From a virus, in IMG/VR virus record IMGVR_UViG_3300009550_000009: DNA of 64,000 bases; one strand, 5' to 3'. Positions within the stretch are counted from its first letter, which is position 1. Every line of letters begins with the position of its first letter. Both the position numbers and the translations under genes were made by a program. The notes beneath the pieces were generated by a model, which saw only the letters and a list, made by a program, of their open reading frames with translations, did no database searches and had not been told where the DNA came from. Shown here in pieces: positions 33,913-43,559 of the stretch.

Positions 33913-34476
33913 ATGGAAAGTAAGAAAGGACTGCTAAAGTGGTTCGCTCTTGGTGTTGGCACTTTATTGGGCGTATCACATTTTAGTATGATTGGTTTAC
34001 TGGCAAATCGAAAAACTTTGCCGGAGATTAATTTACCTGTAGGCCCATATACTTCATATGAAGTAAGAGCAGGGCATGAAGGTTATGAAATAAAATATCG
34101 GGCAAATGATCCGAAAGTATTAACAGTAGAGAAAGATATAAACAGAAAAGGTGGTTTTCTTGGTTTAGGAAATAACAAAACAATTGTAAAAGAACAATTT
34201 GTTATGAGTTCTAGTGGAGGATATAAACAGGAAAAGAAGCTTAGTGCAGCGCAAGTCGAATGTATCAAAGCAGCAGGAGGAGGAGAGCAAACGGGAAGAC
34301 TTGTCGGGGGCAGTGTTGGCACTGTTGTTGCTAAGCCTCTTGCCTCTGTCCCCATTGTTGGTTGGGTTCTTGCTGGTGCTGCGACAATGATGGGAATGAA
34401 TGAAGGTGCTGAGATAGGTGGAAATATGGCACAAGATTTGTCAGATGCATGCCAAGAAGAAAACCTAACTAAATAA
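33913..34476 (+). CDS. Membrane protein with N-terminal TM helix and C-terminal glycine zipper
   Basis: LLKWFALGVGTLLGV; GRLVGGSVG..VPIVGWVLAG..GMNEGAEIGG. Confidence 0.75.
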   Translation: MESKKGLLKWFALGVGTLLGVSHFSMIGLLANRKTLPEINLPVGPYTSYEVRAGHEGYEIKYRANDPKVLTVEKDINRKGGFLGLGNNKTIVKEQFVMSSSGGYKQEKKLSAAQVECIKAAGGGEQTGRLVGGSVGTVVAKPLASVPIVGWVLAGAATMMGMNEGAEIGGNMAQDLSDACQEENLTK

Positions 34477-34496
34477 TAACACGATAACTCGTAAAC

Positions 34497-34883
34497 ATGA
34501 CACCATCTCAAATTTCAGCATTAGAACATTGTGGTATCAAAGTTGAAGATGCCACTGGAGACATTAAGTTTCGTGAATTCGAGTTCATTGATATAATTAA
34601 AACAGAACCACTTAAATCACCAAAATCTAATATTCAATACACAGAATATCAAGAAGCAACAAAGCTTCCAGATTATAATAAAGTAGGAAATATAATAGAC
34701 GTATACTTAGCATGGAGAGGATCAAGTTACATGATCAAAATGTTCTTCCCATCAGTCAAAAAACCATCCCGTAGAGAAGTCCAGATACAGATGCAGAAAG
34801 TGTATCCCGGTGCTAAACTCTATAATTATCAGATATCCAATCATGACCCCGGAGCACCAATCCTCCAGACAACAAGAGGATAA
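34497..34883 (+). CDS. Conserved hypothetical cyanophage protein
   Basis: WRG..Y...MFFP...PSR.EV...VYPGA motif; ACTAAATA late box at 34468-34475. Confidence 0.75.
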   Translation: MTPSQISALEHCGIKVEDATGDIKFREFEFIDIIKTEPLKSPKSNIQYTEYQEATKLPDYNKVGNIIDVYLAWRGSSYMIKMFFPSVKKPSRREVQIQMQKVYPGAKLYNYQISNHDPGAPILQTTRG

Positions 34884-34974
34884 CAAGAATTTAAAGAAGA
34901 AAATAGAAAATTTACAAAAAGTTTTAGAGTTACAACAAAAAACAATTGATCACGACAAAAAATTTATGATTTAA
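34843..34974 (+). CDS. Putative 43-aa coiled-coil peptide
   Basis: Fills the gap before g17; LKKKIENLQKVLELQQK heptads. Confidence 0.45.
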   Translation: MTPEHQSSRQQEDNKNLKKKIENLQKVLELQQKTIDHDKKFMI

Positions 34975-34977
34975 AAA

Positions 34978-36633
34978 ATGCCTACAGTTGAAAATATTTA
35001 TCTTGGCAATCCTAATTTAAAGAAAGCCAATACACCAATTGAATTTACACAAGAACAGGTATTAGAGTTTGTGGCATGTCGTCATGATCCTGTCTATTTT
35101 GCACAAAAATATATAAAGATAGTCACATTGGATCATGGATTGCAACCATTTGCAATGTATGATTTTCAAAAAAAATTAATTGAGAATTTCCATGAAAACC
35201 GTTTTAACATCTGTAAGATGCCTCGGCAGACGGGTAAATCTACAACAGTTGTATCTTATCTCCTACATTATGCAGTATTTAATGATAATGTTAATATTGC
35301 AATACTCGCTAACAAAGCCTCCACTGCAAGGGATCTTTTAGGTAGATTGCAATTAGCATATGAAAATTTACCCAAGTGGATGCAGCAAGGTATTCTTGCT
35401 TGGAACAAAGGTTCATTAGAATTAGAAAACGGATCAAAAATATTAGCAGCATCCACATCAGCATCAGCAGTTCGTGGAGGATCTTATAACGTCATATTCT
35501 TAGACGAATTTGCTTTCATTCCAAATCATATTGCAGATCAGTTCTTTGCATCTGTATATCCTACAATATCATCTGGACAAAGCACAAAAGTTATAATAGT
35601 ATCCACGCCACATGGTATGAATCATTTCTACCGTATGTGGCATGATGCTGAACGTTCAAAAAATGAATATGTTCCTACAGATGTTCATTGGTCGGAAGTT
35701 CCGGGTCGAGATGAAAAATGGAGAGAACAAACAATTGCAAACACATCTGAAGCTCAATTTAAAGTTGAGTTTGAATGTGAATTTCTTGGATCAGTTGATA
35801 CTTTGATTGCCCCAAGTAAATTAAGAAGTTTGGTATATGAGAATCCAATAAAAAGAAATGCTGGATTGGACGTATATGAAGATCCTGCTGTAAAGCATGA
35901 TTATGTTTGCACAGTTGACGTTGCTCGTGGAGTTGGAAATGATTACTCTGCGTTTGTAGTAATTGATATTACAACTTTCCCTCATAAGGTTGTGGCAAAA
36001 TATCGAAACAACGAAATAAAACCAATGCTGTTTCCCTCAATAATATATGAAGTATGCAAAAGTTATAACAATGCCTTTATATTATGCGAGGTGAATGATA
36101 TTGGTGATCAAGTTGCATCAATTCTCAATTTCGATATGGAATATGAAAATCTCTTGATGTGTTCAATGAGAGGTCGCGCTGGTCAAATTGTTGGGCAAGG
36201 TTTTTCTGGAAAGAAAACTCAACTTGGTGTAAAAATGTCTAAGACCGTCAAGAAAGTTGGATCGTTAAACCTAAAAACAATTGTTGAAGCAGATAAACTG
36301 ATATTTTGTGATTATGAAATATTAAGCGAACTTACAACATTCATACAAAAAAGTAATTCATTTGAAGCAGAGGAAGGATGTAATGATGACCTTGCCATGT
36401 GTCTCGTCATATATGCATGGTTAGTTCAGTGTGATTATTTTAAAGAACTTACTGATCAAGATGTCAGAAAAAGATTATATGAGGAGCAAAAAAATCAAAT
36501 AGAACAAGACATGGCTCCCTTTGGTTTCATGGACGATGGACTTGGCGAAGATACGTTCATTGATTCTGACGGTGATCGTTGGAATAAAGCTGACGAATAT
36601 GGAGACCGATCTTTTATGTGGGAGTATCGATGA
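34978..36633 (+). CDS. gp17: Terminase large subunit gp17
   Basis: YLGNPNLK; PRQTGKST Walker A; FLDEFAF; STPHG; DVARG; NDDL. Confidence 0.98.
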   Translation: MPTVENIYLGNPNLKKANTPIEFTQEQVLEFVACRHDPVYFAQKYIKIVTLDHGLQPFAMYDFQKKLIENFHENRFNICKMPRQTGKSTTVVSYLLHYAVFNDNVNIAILANKASTARDLLGRLQLAYENLPKWMQQGILAWNKGSLELENGSKILAASTSASAVRGGSYNVIFLDEFAFIPNHIADQFFASVYPTISSGQSTKVIIVSTPHGMNHFYRMWHDAERSKNEYVPTDVHWSEVPGRDEKWREQTIANTSEAQFKVEFECEFLGSVDTLIAPSKLRSLVYENPIKRNAGLDVYEDPAVKHDYVCTVDVARGVGNDYSAFVVIDITTFPHKVVAKYRNNEIKPMLFPSIIYEVCKSYNNAFILCEVNDIGDQVASILNFDMEYENLLMCSMRGRAGQIVGQGFSGKKTQLGVKMSKTVKKVGSLNLKTIVEADKLIFCDYEILSELTTFIQKSNSFEAEEGCNDDLAMCLVIYAWLVQCDYFKELTDQDVRKRLYEEQKNQIEQDMAPFGFMDDGLGEDTFIDSDGDRWNKADEYGDRSFMWEYR

Positions 36634-36902
36634 TTTATTTTTTACTTACAAGCGCAAGCTTTTTTAACTTTTTATTTTACATTTTTGCGATAGGATTTGT
36701 CATTGCATTGATATTAGAGCAAATTGTAAGAAGAGGTGGTAACGATCTAGATATTTTAATTGTTACAACTAATAGAAAATTTTGTTGGCGACAAGCTTGG
36801 CTTGTAAATATTCTTTGGTTTTTATGCAATATTCTACTGTATCTTTCAACAAGAGCAGCAGCACCAGTTGGTTCAGATATTATCTGGAGAGGTGAATTGT
36901 AA
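36630..36902 (+). CDS. Small two-TM membrane protein
   Basis: ATGA overlap with g17; two hydrophobic segments. Confidence 0.65.
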   Translation: MIYFLLTSASFFNFLFYIFAIGFVIALILEQIVRRGGNDLDILIVTTNRKFCWRQAWLVNILWFLCNILLYLSTRAAAPVGSDIIWRGEL

Positions 36903-36962
36903 AGAAAAACATTATAAAGAGAATATTAAACTTGTAAATAATAAAGAACAAAGGTAGACTGA

Positions 36963-37145
36963 GTGGATTGGGATAAAGAAGTAAAATTATCTGAAATGGA
37001 GAGTATGATTACTGTTTACGAAAAACACATCGAACATTTAGAAAAAGAAAACGTTGAACTTAAGGACGAAGTTCTTTTTTTAAAAAAACAACTTGAATAC
37101 AAGACAATGGGAAAACCAACACATGAGGTGAATAATGAGTGGTGA
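36963..37145 (+). CDS. Small coiled-coil hypothetical protein
   Basis: GTG start with AAGG RBS; heptads; GTAAATA box upstream. Confidence 0.6.
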   Translation: MDWDKEVKLSEMESMITVYEKHIEHLEKENVELKDEVLFLKKQLEYKTMGKPTHEVNNEW

Positions 37146-37293
37146 TGTAGGTTTATCAGGAGATGACACGATCGTTTTCTATAGTAAAAAAATGACTGAA
37201 GCAAAAATGATTGTTTTAGCACACAAAGGAATTAAATTAAATTATGACTCTAAATATGATATTAATAATGTAAAGTCATTAAAGAATAAATAA
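37135..37293 (+). CDS. Putative 52-aa hypothetical protein (MSGDVGLSGDDTIVFYSKKMT...)
   Basis: GAGGTG RBS upstream of ATG; fills the gap to the g18 promoter. Confidence 0.5.
   Translation: MSGDVGLSGDDTIVFYSKKMTEAKMIVLAHKGIKLNYDSKYDINNVKSLKNK
37285..37292 (+). promoter_or_regulatory. Late promoter (AATAAATA)
   Basis: Upstream of g18. Confidence 0.7.
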
Positions 37294-37326
37294 TTTCTAG
37301 GTAAAACTGAGAACTCGGAGAAAAAC

Positions 37327-39633
37327 ATGGCGACTCCTCAATTATCTCCCGGCGTATTGGTCAGAGAGGTTGATTTAACAGTAGGAAGAGCAGATAATGT
37401 ATTAGACAATATCGGCGCAATAGCGGGCCCATTTCGTCTTGGCCCAATTGATGAACCCATTCAAGTATCAAATGAAGAGGAGTTAATCAAAAATTTTGGT
37501 AAACCACTTTCAACTGATAGGCAGTATGAATATTGGATGAGTGCAGCATCATTCTTATCATATGGTGGTGTATTAAAGGTAGTAAGAGCAGACGATGATG
37601 ACTTAGGTAATGCTAACGCTGGTGTTGGTATTGCATCTACAACTGTCATTGGTGGATCAGGTGGTTTAAAAATAGAAAACTATGATGATTATCAGCAAAA
37701 TCATGTTGCCGATACAAGTTTCTATTATGCTGCTAAAACTCCGGGTTCTTATGCTAACGGATTAAAGGTTTGTCAGATCGATGATCAAGCAGATCAAATA
37801 ATCGGAATCAATACAACAAGTTTAGAAGATTACGGTGCAACAATTGGTGTCGGTGTCACAGCAGCATTAACTAATGTTGTCATACCGGGTGCAGGATCAA
37901 CTGCAACATTCACTGGACATCTGAAAGGAATCATTACAGGTGTGGCAACAGATGCTACAAATGGTGATTCAAAAATTGATGTTAAGATTACTGCAAGAGT
38001 ATCAAGTGCCGGAACAGAATTTAAAATAGATTATGCACAAAATTCACTAACCAACTCATTTAAAACAGTAACTGAAGGTGGTGGAGCAGGAATTGCAGCA
38101 ACAACTGTATTCTTTGTGAATAGTTCAGGTATTAACACTGGTGCACCGAACGCACCAATCACAGCTGCATCTGCAGAAATTGTAACAGCAGTAGATTGGT
38201 ATGATCAACAAACTCTAGGATTAGAAAACTCAACTATTTTCTGGAAAACACTTGCACCTAGACCAGTATCTAATAAGTATACACTTGATAGAAATGGTAA
38301 GAACGATGGTATTCACGTTGCAGTCATTGATGATGCTGGAACAATAAGTGGTGTTCAAGGTAATGTTCTTGAGAAACATCTTAACTTATCTAAAGCACAT
38401 GATGCCATCTCGAATGTAAATTCTCCAGAAAAAATTTACTATAAGCAATATCTTGCAGATAGATCAGAAAATCTTTATGCTGGATTTAATCCATCACAAT
38501 CACAAGATGCTTTCCATAAAACTGCTGCTGGATCATTCCAAGAACCAAGAGCAACAGGATTCTCAACAGGATTTGTTGCAAATACAACTGCTCAAGGTTT
38601 GTGGAGTCAAAATGCTCAGAATAATACATTCGCAGCCATAGGTAATGTAACTTACAACCTTGGTGGTGGAACAGATTACACTAGCGTTTCTGGTGCAATT
38701 CCTGCTCCCGGAGCAAATGGTGGAATGACTGCTACGCTCTCTGATCTTAAAACAGCGTATGACACACTTTCAAATAAAGATGAACAGGCAGTTGATTTTA
38801 TAATCATGGGGCCTGGTCTTGGATCTAGAGATTTATCTCAAGCAAAAGCAAATCATGTAATCTCAATTGCAAATGCAAGAAAGGATTGTATTGCTACTGT
38901 TGGGCCACATAGAGATGATCTTGTTAACATATCCAACACAACAACACAAACAAATAATTTAATACAATATTTCAGTCCATTAACCTCATCATCATATTGT
39001 GTGTTTGATAGTGGTTACAAATATATGTTTGATAGATTCAATAATGAATTTAGATTCATTCCTGCTAATGGAGACACTGCCGGATTGATGGTTCGCACAG
39101 CGGTCACTTCATTCCCATGGTTCTCACCTGCTGGTGAACAAAGAGGTGTGTTGAATAATGCTATTAAATTAGCATATAACCCAACCAAAGCACAGAGAGA
39201 TATACTTTATCCTCAAAGGGTTAACTCTTACATAACCAAACCGGGAATCGGAACATTATTATTTGGTGATAAAACTGGATTGTCATTTGCATCTGCATTC
39301 GACAGAATCAATGTTCGTCGTTTATTCCTCACTGTGGAACAAGCACTTGAAAGTGCTGCTGAAGCACAACTCTTTGAGTTGAATGATGAACTAACAAGAG
39401 CAAACTTTAGAAATATTGTTGAACCGTTCTTGAGAGATGTTGAAGCAAAACGAGGAATATCAGGATTCCTAGTTATTTGTGATACATCAAACAACACTCC
39501 TGATGTTATTGATAATAATGAATTCAGGGCTGACATCTTCCTGAAACCAGCAAGATCAATCAACTTCATCACACTAACATTCGTTGCCACTAGAACTGGA
39601 GTTAGTTTTGAAGAAGTCGCAGGTCGAGTTTAA
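37327..39633 (+). CDS. gp18: Tail sheath protein gp18
   Basis: LSPGVLVREVDLT; PWFSPAG; FDRINVRRLF; KPARSINFI. Confidence 0.98.
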   Translation: MATPQLSPGVLVREVDLTVGRADNVLDNIGAIAGPFRLGPIDEPIQVSNEEELIKNFGKPLSTDRQYEYWMSAASFLSYGGVLKVVRADDDDLGNANAGVGIASTTVIGGSGGLKIENYDDYQQNHVADTSFYYAAKTPGSYANGLKVCQIDDQADQIIGINTTSLEDYGATIGVGVTAALTNVVIPGAGSTATFTGHLKGIITGVATDATNGDSKIDVKITARVSSAGTEFKIDYAQNSLTNSFKTVTEGGGAGIAATTVFFVNSSGINTGAPNAPITAASAEIVTAVDWYDQQTLGLENSTIFWKTLAPRPVSNKYTLDRNGKNDGIHVAVIDDAGTISGVQGNVLEKHLNLSKAHDAISNVNSPEKIYYKQYLADRSENLYAGFNPSQSQDAFHKTAAGSFQEPRATGFSTGFVANTTAQGLWSQNAQNNTFAAIGNVTYNLGGGTDYTSVSGAIPAPGANGGMTATLSDLKTAYDTLSNKDEQAVDFIIMGPGLGSRDLSQAKANHVISIANARKDCIATVGPHRDDLVNISNTTTQTNNLIQYFSPLTSSSYCVFDSGYKYMFDRFNNEFRFIPANGDTAGLMVRTAVTSFPWFSPAGEQRGVLNNAIKLAYNPTKAQRDILYPQRVNSYITKPGIGTLLFGDKTGLSFASAFDRINVRRLFLTVEQALESAAEAQLFELNDELTRANFRNIVEPFLRDVEAKRGISGFLVICDTSNNTPDVIDNNEFRADIFLKPARSINFITLTFVATRTGVSFEEVAGRV

Positions 39634-39636
39634 TTG

Positions 39637-39644
39637 AATAAATA
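39637..39644 (+). promoter_or_regulatory. Late promoter (AATAAATA)
   Basis: Upstream of g19, followed by AAGGAG RBS. Confidence 0.75.
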
Positions 39645-39664
39645 ACTAAAGGAGATTAACAACT

Positions 39665-40255
39665 ATGGCAACAACTAGAGAAAACAAAACCATTTCTCAA
39701 TTTAAATCTCAATTAATTGGTGGTGGAGCAAGACCGAATCTGTTTGAGGTAGAGATGGCAACTTTACCTCCGGGCATAGCATGGCCTGCAGATAACTTTA
39801 GGTATATGTGCAAAGCAGCACAGTTACCAGCATCAGTTATTGCAAACATTGATATACCATTTAGAGGTCGTATTTTTAAAGTCGCTGGAGATAGAACCAT
39901 TGAACCATGGAGTATCACAGTTATTAATGATGAAGACTTTAGAATTAGAAAAGCAATGGAAGAATGGGTTGATACAATTGCTAAATTAGAAAATAATTTA
40001 GGTGCAACCGATCCAAGTGCATATATGGTTAATGCAAAAGTATTCCAATTAGGTAGAGGATCTGTTCCAAGTTCACAAAATAACGCTGGTGACAGAAATA
40101 CAGTTTTAAGAGAATATGAGTTTATCGACATATTTCCAACAAGTGTATCATCAATTGACCTATCTTACGATTCTTCTGATACAATAGAAGAGTTCGTAGT
40201 TGATTTCGCAGTTCAGTCATTCCAGTTTATTGACGCAGGGGGCATTGACGGTTAA
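39665..40255 (+). CDS. gp19: Tail tube protein gp19
   Basis: GGARPNLFEV; FRGR..KVAGDRT; IEEF.V. Confidence 0.97.
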   Translation: MATTRENKTISQFKSQLIGGGARPNLFEVEMATLPPGIAWPADNFRYMCKAAQLPASVIANIDIPFRGRIFKVAGDRTIEPWSITVINDEDFRIRKAMEEWVDTIAKLENNLGATDPSAYMVNAKVFQLGRGSVPSSQNNAGDRNTVLREYEFIDIFPTSVSSIDLSYDSSDTIEEFVVDFAVQSFQFIDAGGIDG

Positions 40256-40280
40256 CTAAATAGATAAAAAGTAATAAATT

Positions 40281-41951
40281 ATGTCTAAATTATTTGGGTT
40301 CTCGATTGAGAACACAGAACCACTATCTCCAAATGTAGTATCTCCAGTCCCTGAAAATAGGGAAGACGAGTCAGACTACTTTATGAGTAGTGGTTTTTTT
40401 GGTTCTTATGTTGACATTGAAGGTGTATTTAAAACTGAATTTGATTTAATAAAAAGATATCGTGAAATGAGTCTGCATCCAGAAGTGGATAGTGCCATTG
40501 AAGATATTGTAAATGAAGCTATAGTTTCTGATACAAATGATCATCCAGTTGAAATTGATCTAGATCATTTAAATGCAAGTGATGGTATTAAAAAGAAAGT
40601 AAGAGAAGAATTTAAATATATTCTTGATTTATTGGATTTTGATAAAAAAGCACATGAGATATATCGTAATTGGTATATTGATGGTAGAATCTATTACCAC
40701 AAAGTAATTGATATTAAAAAACCAGAAGAGGGTATTCAAGAATTAAGATACATAGACGCAATCAAAATGCGTTATATAAGACAAGAACAAAAATCAAAAG
40801 AGGACAAATATAAAGTAAACAATCTTTTATCAGATAATCCTACTGATTATCCCTTTCCAAAGATAGAGGAGTATTTTGTTTATAATCCAAAAGCCGCATA
40901 TCCAACTGGTAACATTCAAGCAAGAGGTGCATCTCAAGGAATTAAAATGTCAAGAGATTCAGTCTCTTATTGCACATCTGGTTTAGTAGATAGAAATAAA
41001 GGAACTACATTATCATACTTACACAAGGCTATCAAATCACTTAATCAATTACGTATGATTGAGGATAGTTTGGTGATATATAGATTATCCCGCGCTCCAG
41101 AGCGTAGGATTTTCTACATTGATGTAGGAAACTTGCCGAAGATCAAAGCAGAACAATATCTCAGAGATGTGATGATGCGATATCGAAACAAATTAGTTTA
41201 CGACGCTAACACAGGAGAGATCCGCGATGACAAAAAGTATATGGCGATGCTTGAAGATTTCTGGTTGCCTAGAAGAGAAGGAGGGCGTGGAACTGAGATT
41301 TCTACTTTACCGGGAGGTCAAAATCTCGGAGAGATCACGGACATCGAATACTTCAAGAAAAAACTCTATAGATCGCTCAATGTCCCGCCGTCGAGAATGG
41401 ATGGCGAAGGAGGATTTAACTTGGGACGATCTTCAGAGATACTGAGAGATGAGTTAAAATTTACTAAATTTGTTGGACGTTTGAGAAAAAGATTCTCAAA
41501 TATGTTCCATGATATGTTACGCACTCAACTAATATTAAAGAACATTATTACCCCAGAAGACTGGGAAACAATGAGTGAGCACATACAATATGACTTTTTA
41601 TATGATAATCACTTCTCTGAACTCAAAGAATCTGAGTTATTAAATGAGAGATTAGGTAACGTTGCAACAGCAGAACCATATATTGGAAAGTATTTCTCAC
41701 AGGATTATGTAAGACGTAAGATACTTAGACAAACTGATGAGGATATCATAGAACAAGATAAATTAATTAAACAAGAAATTGCGAGTGGTGCAATTCCAGA
41801 TCCAAGTATTCCTGTTGATCCACAAACAGGTTTACCAATGGATCAAGCTGGATCTACAGGAGATCTTGGTGCACCAGTTCAAGAACCAGATCTAGAATCT
41901 GAAGGTGGTGCAACAGAAGCACCCACTATCCCTAGTGGTGGGGAAATATAA
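40281..41951 (+). CDS. gp20: Portal protein gp20
   Basis: YRLSRAPERRIFYIDVGNLPK; EDFWLPRREGGRGTEI; ACTAAATA late box at 40255-40262. Confidence 0.98.
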   Translation: MSKLFGFSIENTEPLSPNVVSPVPENREDESDYFMSSGFFGSYVDIEGVFKTEFDLIKRYREMSLHPEVDSAIEDIVNEAIVSDTNDHPVEIDLDHLNASDGIKKKVREEFKYILDLLDFDKKAHEIYRNWYIDGRIYYHKVIDIKKPEEGIQELRYIDAIKMRYIRQEQKSKEDKYKVNNLLSDNPTDYPFPKIEEYFVYNPKAAYPTGNIQARGASQGIKMSRDSVSYCTSGLVDRNKGTTLSYLHKAIKSLNQLRMIEDSLVIYRLSRAPERRIFYIDVGNLPKIKAEQYLRDVMMRYRNKLVYDANTGEIRDDKKYMAMLEDFWLPRREGGRGTEISTLPGGQNLGEITDIEYFKKKLYRSLNVPPSRMDGEGGFNLGRSSEILRDELKFTKFVGRLRKRFSNMFHDMLRTQLILKNIITPEDWETMSEHIQYDFLYDNHFSELKESELLNERLGNVATAEPYIGKYFSQDYVRRKILRQTDEDIIEQDKLIKQEIASGAIPDPSIPVDPQTGLPMDQAGSTGDLGAPVQEPDLESEGGATEAPTIPSGGEI

Positions 41952-41954
41952 ATA
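41947..41954 (+). promoter_or_regulatory. Late promoter (TATAAATA)
   Basis: Exact T4 late consensus. Confidence 0.8.
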
Positions 41955-41983
41955 TAAAAGGTTAAAGTATTATTTTCTAAAAT

Positions 41984-42220
41984 ATGGACGATTTAATGGA
42001 TATGATCATCGCTGATGAATCGCCGTCACAAATTAGTGATACGATTAAAGATGCTTTGTTTTCAAAATCAGCTGAGCGTGTTGATGCCTTTCGACCTCAA
42101 GTGTCATCATCAATTTTTGATAATGGTGAAGTAGAGGATGAAATAGAGGATGAAGTAGAAGCAGAGACTGAAACAGACGTAGAAGCTGAAGCAGATACTG
42201 AAATAGGTGACGAAGAGTAA
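41984..42220 (+). CDS. Small acidic prohead core protein (gp67-like position)
   Basis: Between g20 and g21; highly acidic C-terminus. Confidence 0.65.
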   Translation: MDDLMDMIIADESPSQISDTIKDALFSKSAERVDAFRPQVSSSIFDNGEVEDEIEDEVEAETETDVEAEADTEIGDEE

Positions 42221-42222
42221 CC

Positions 42223-42230
42223 TATAAATA
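42223..42230 (+). promoter_or_regulatory. Late promoter (TATAAATA)
   Basis: Exact T4 late consensus. Confidence 0.8.
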
Positions 42231-42256
42231 AATAAAAAATGATCTAGAGTATATCA

Positions 42257-42859
42257 ATGGCTTTAAGAACTGTCGGGACAGGGGCATCACTACCAATAAA
42301 AGTGGGTGTAGCGCAGACATCTTCGTTTTTCACAGTGCAATCAGGTTACATGCGTGTAGTCGCAAAAGGATCTGGTGCACATGTCACTATTGGAACCGAT
42401 GCTAGTGCAGCAATAACTGATTTGTATATTCATGCAGGCCCCGAAGGTGAAACTTTATCAATGACTAAGGCATCGCAAAGAGTTGTTGGTATAAGCACTG
42501 GAACAACAACTGTTCTCACTGCACCTGAAGGAACACATATGCCATTTGTTCCCGGTGACATCGTAACAGTTGAATTTGGTAGTAATGCATCTGTTGATAC
42601 TAATTACAGTGCAAAACTAACTGGTGGAGTATCAGTTCTTTCAGTTGATAATAACATTCCAAATGTTATATCAGATAACTTTGCTCGCAGTAACATTACT
42701 GTTGCAGCAGATACATCGGGTATTATCACAGCATTTAATTCAGCAGCAGATTCCACTGTAAGAAAAGTTTTAAAACTATCTTGCATTGCTGCAAAGGGTG
42801 AAGGTGCTGCTAATAGTGTATTCCATTTTCAACAAGTTCAAACTACAGGTAGTGCGTAA
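42257..42859 (+). CDS. Hypothetical virion protein
   Basis: Beta-rich ORF under a late promoter, coupled to g21. Confidence 0.7.
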   Translation: MALRTVGTGASLPIKVGVAQTSSFFTVQSGYMRVVAKGSGAHVTIGTDASAAITDLYIHAGPEGETLSMTKASQRVVGISTGTTTVLTAPEGTHMPFVPGDIVTVEFGSNASVDTNYSAKLTGGVSVLSVDNNIPNVISDNFARSNITVAADTSGIITAFNSAADSTVRKVLKLSCIAAKGEGAANSVFHFQQVQTTGSA

Positions 42860-43509
42860 TGAAACTGATTAGAGAAGAAATCGAAACCGTTGAATTTCTT
42901 GTCGAACAAAAGAACGGCAAAAAATCAATGTATATCGAAGGTGTATTCTTACAAGGAAACATTAAAAACCGTAATGGTAGAATGTATCCTATGGAAACTC
43001 TTCGTAAAGAGGTTTCTCGTTATAATGAGAATCACATACAATCTGGAAGAGCACTTGGTGAATTAGGTCATCCCGAAGGCCCAACTGTTAATCTAGACCG
43101 TGTTTCCCATAAAATTGTATCACTCAGAGAGAACGGATCCAATTTTATTGGAAAGGCAAAATTATTATCCACACCAATGGGTAAAATTGCGTCTTCTCTC
43201 GTCGAAGAAGGAGTCAAACTCGGAGTCTCATCTCGTGGAGTTGGATCTCTTAAAATGACAAGAGAGGGTATAAATGTAGTAGGAAGCGACTTTATGTTGG
43301 CGACTGCTGCAGATATAGTTGCCGACCCTTCCGCACCAGATGCTTTCGTTGAAGGAATCATGGAAGGAAAGGAGTGGGTATGGGATGGAGGAATACTTCG
43401 AGAGAAGTATGCTGAAAAAACATACAAACAAATTAATACATTAACAGATCAGAAAAAATTAGATGAGCAGAAATTGAACCTGTTCAACGACTTTTTGTCT
43501 AATTTATAA
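42859..43509 (+). CDS. gp21: Prohead protease gp21
   Basis: NRNGRMYP; ALGELGHP; GVSSRG; DIVADPSAPDA. Confidence 0.97.
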   Translation: MKLIREEIETVEFLVEQKNGKKSMYIEGVFLQGNIKNRNGRMYPMETLRKEVSRYNENHIQSGRALGELGHPEGPTVNLDRVSHKIVSLRENGSNFIGKAKLLSTPMGKIASSLVEEGVKLGVSSRGVGSLKMTREGINVVGSDFMLATAADIVADPSAPDAFVEGIMEGKEWVWDGGILREKYAEKTYKQINTLTDQKKLDEQKLNLFNDFLSNL

Positions 43510-43559
43510 CTTTTCTAAATAAAAATAGTTTCAAATCAAGACTCATCGGAGTAGTTAAA

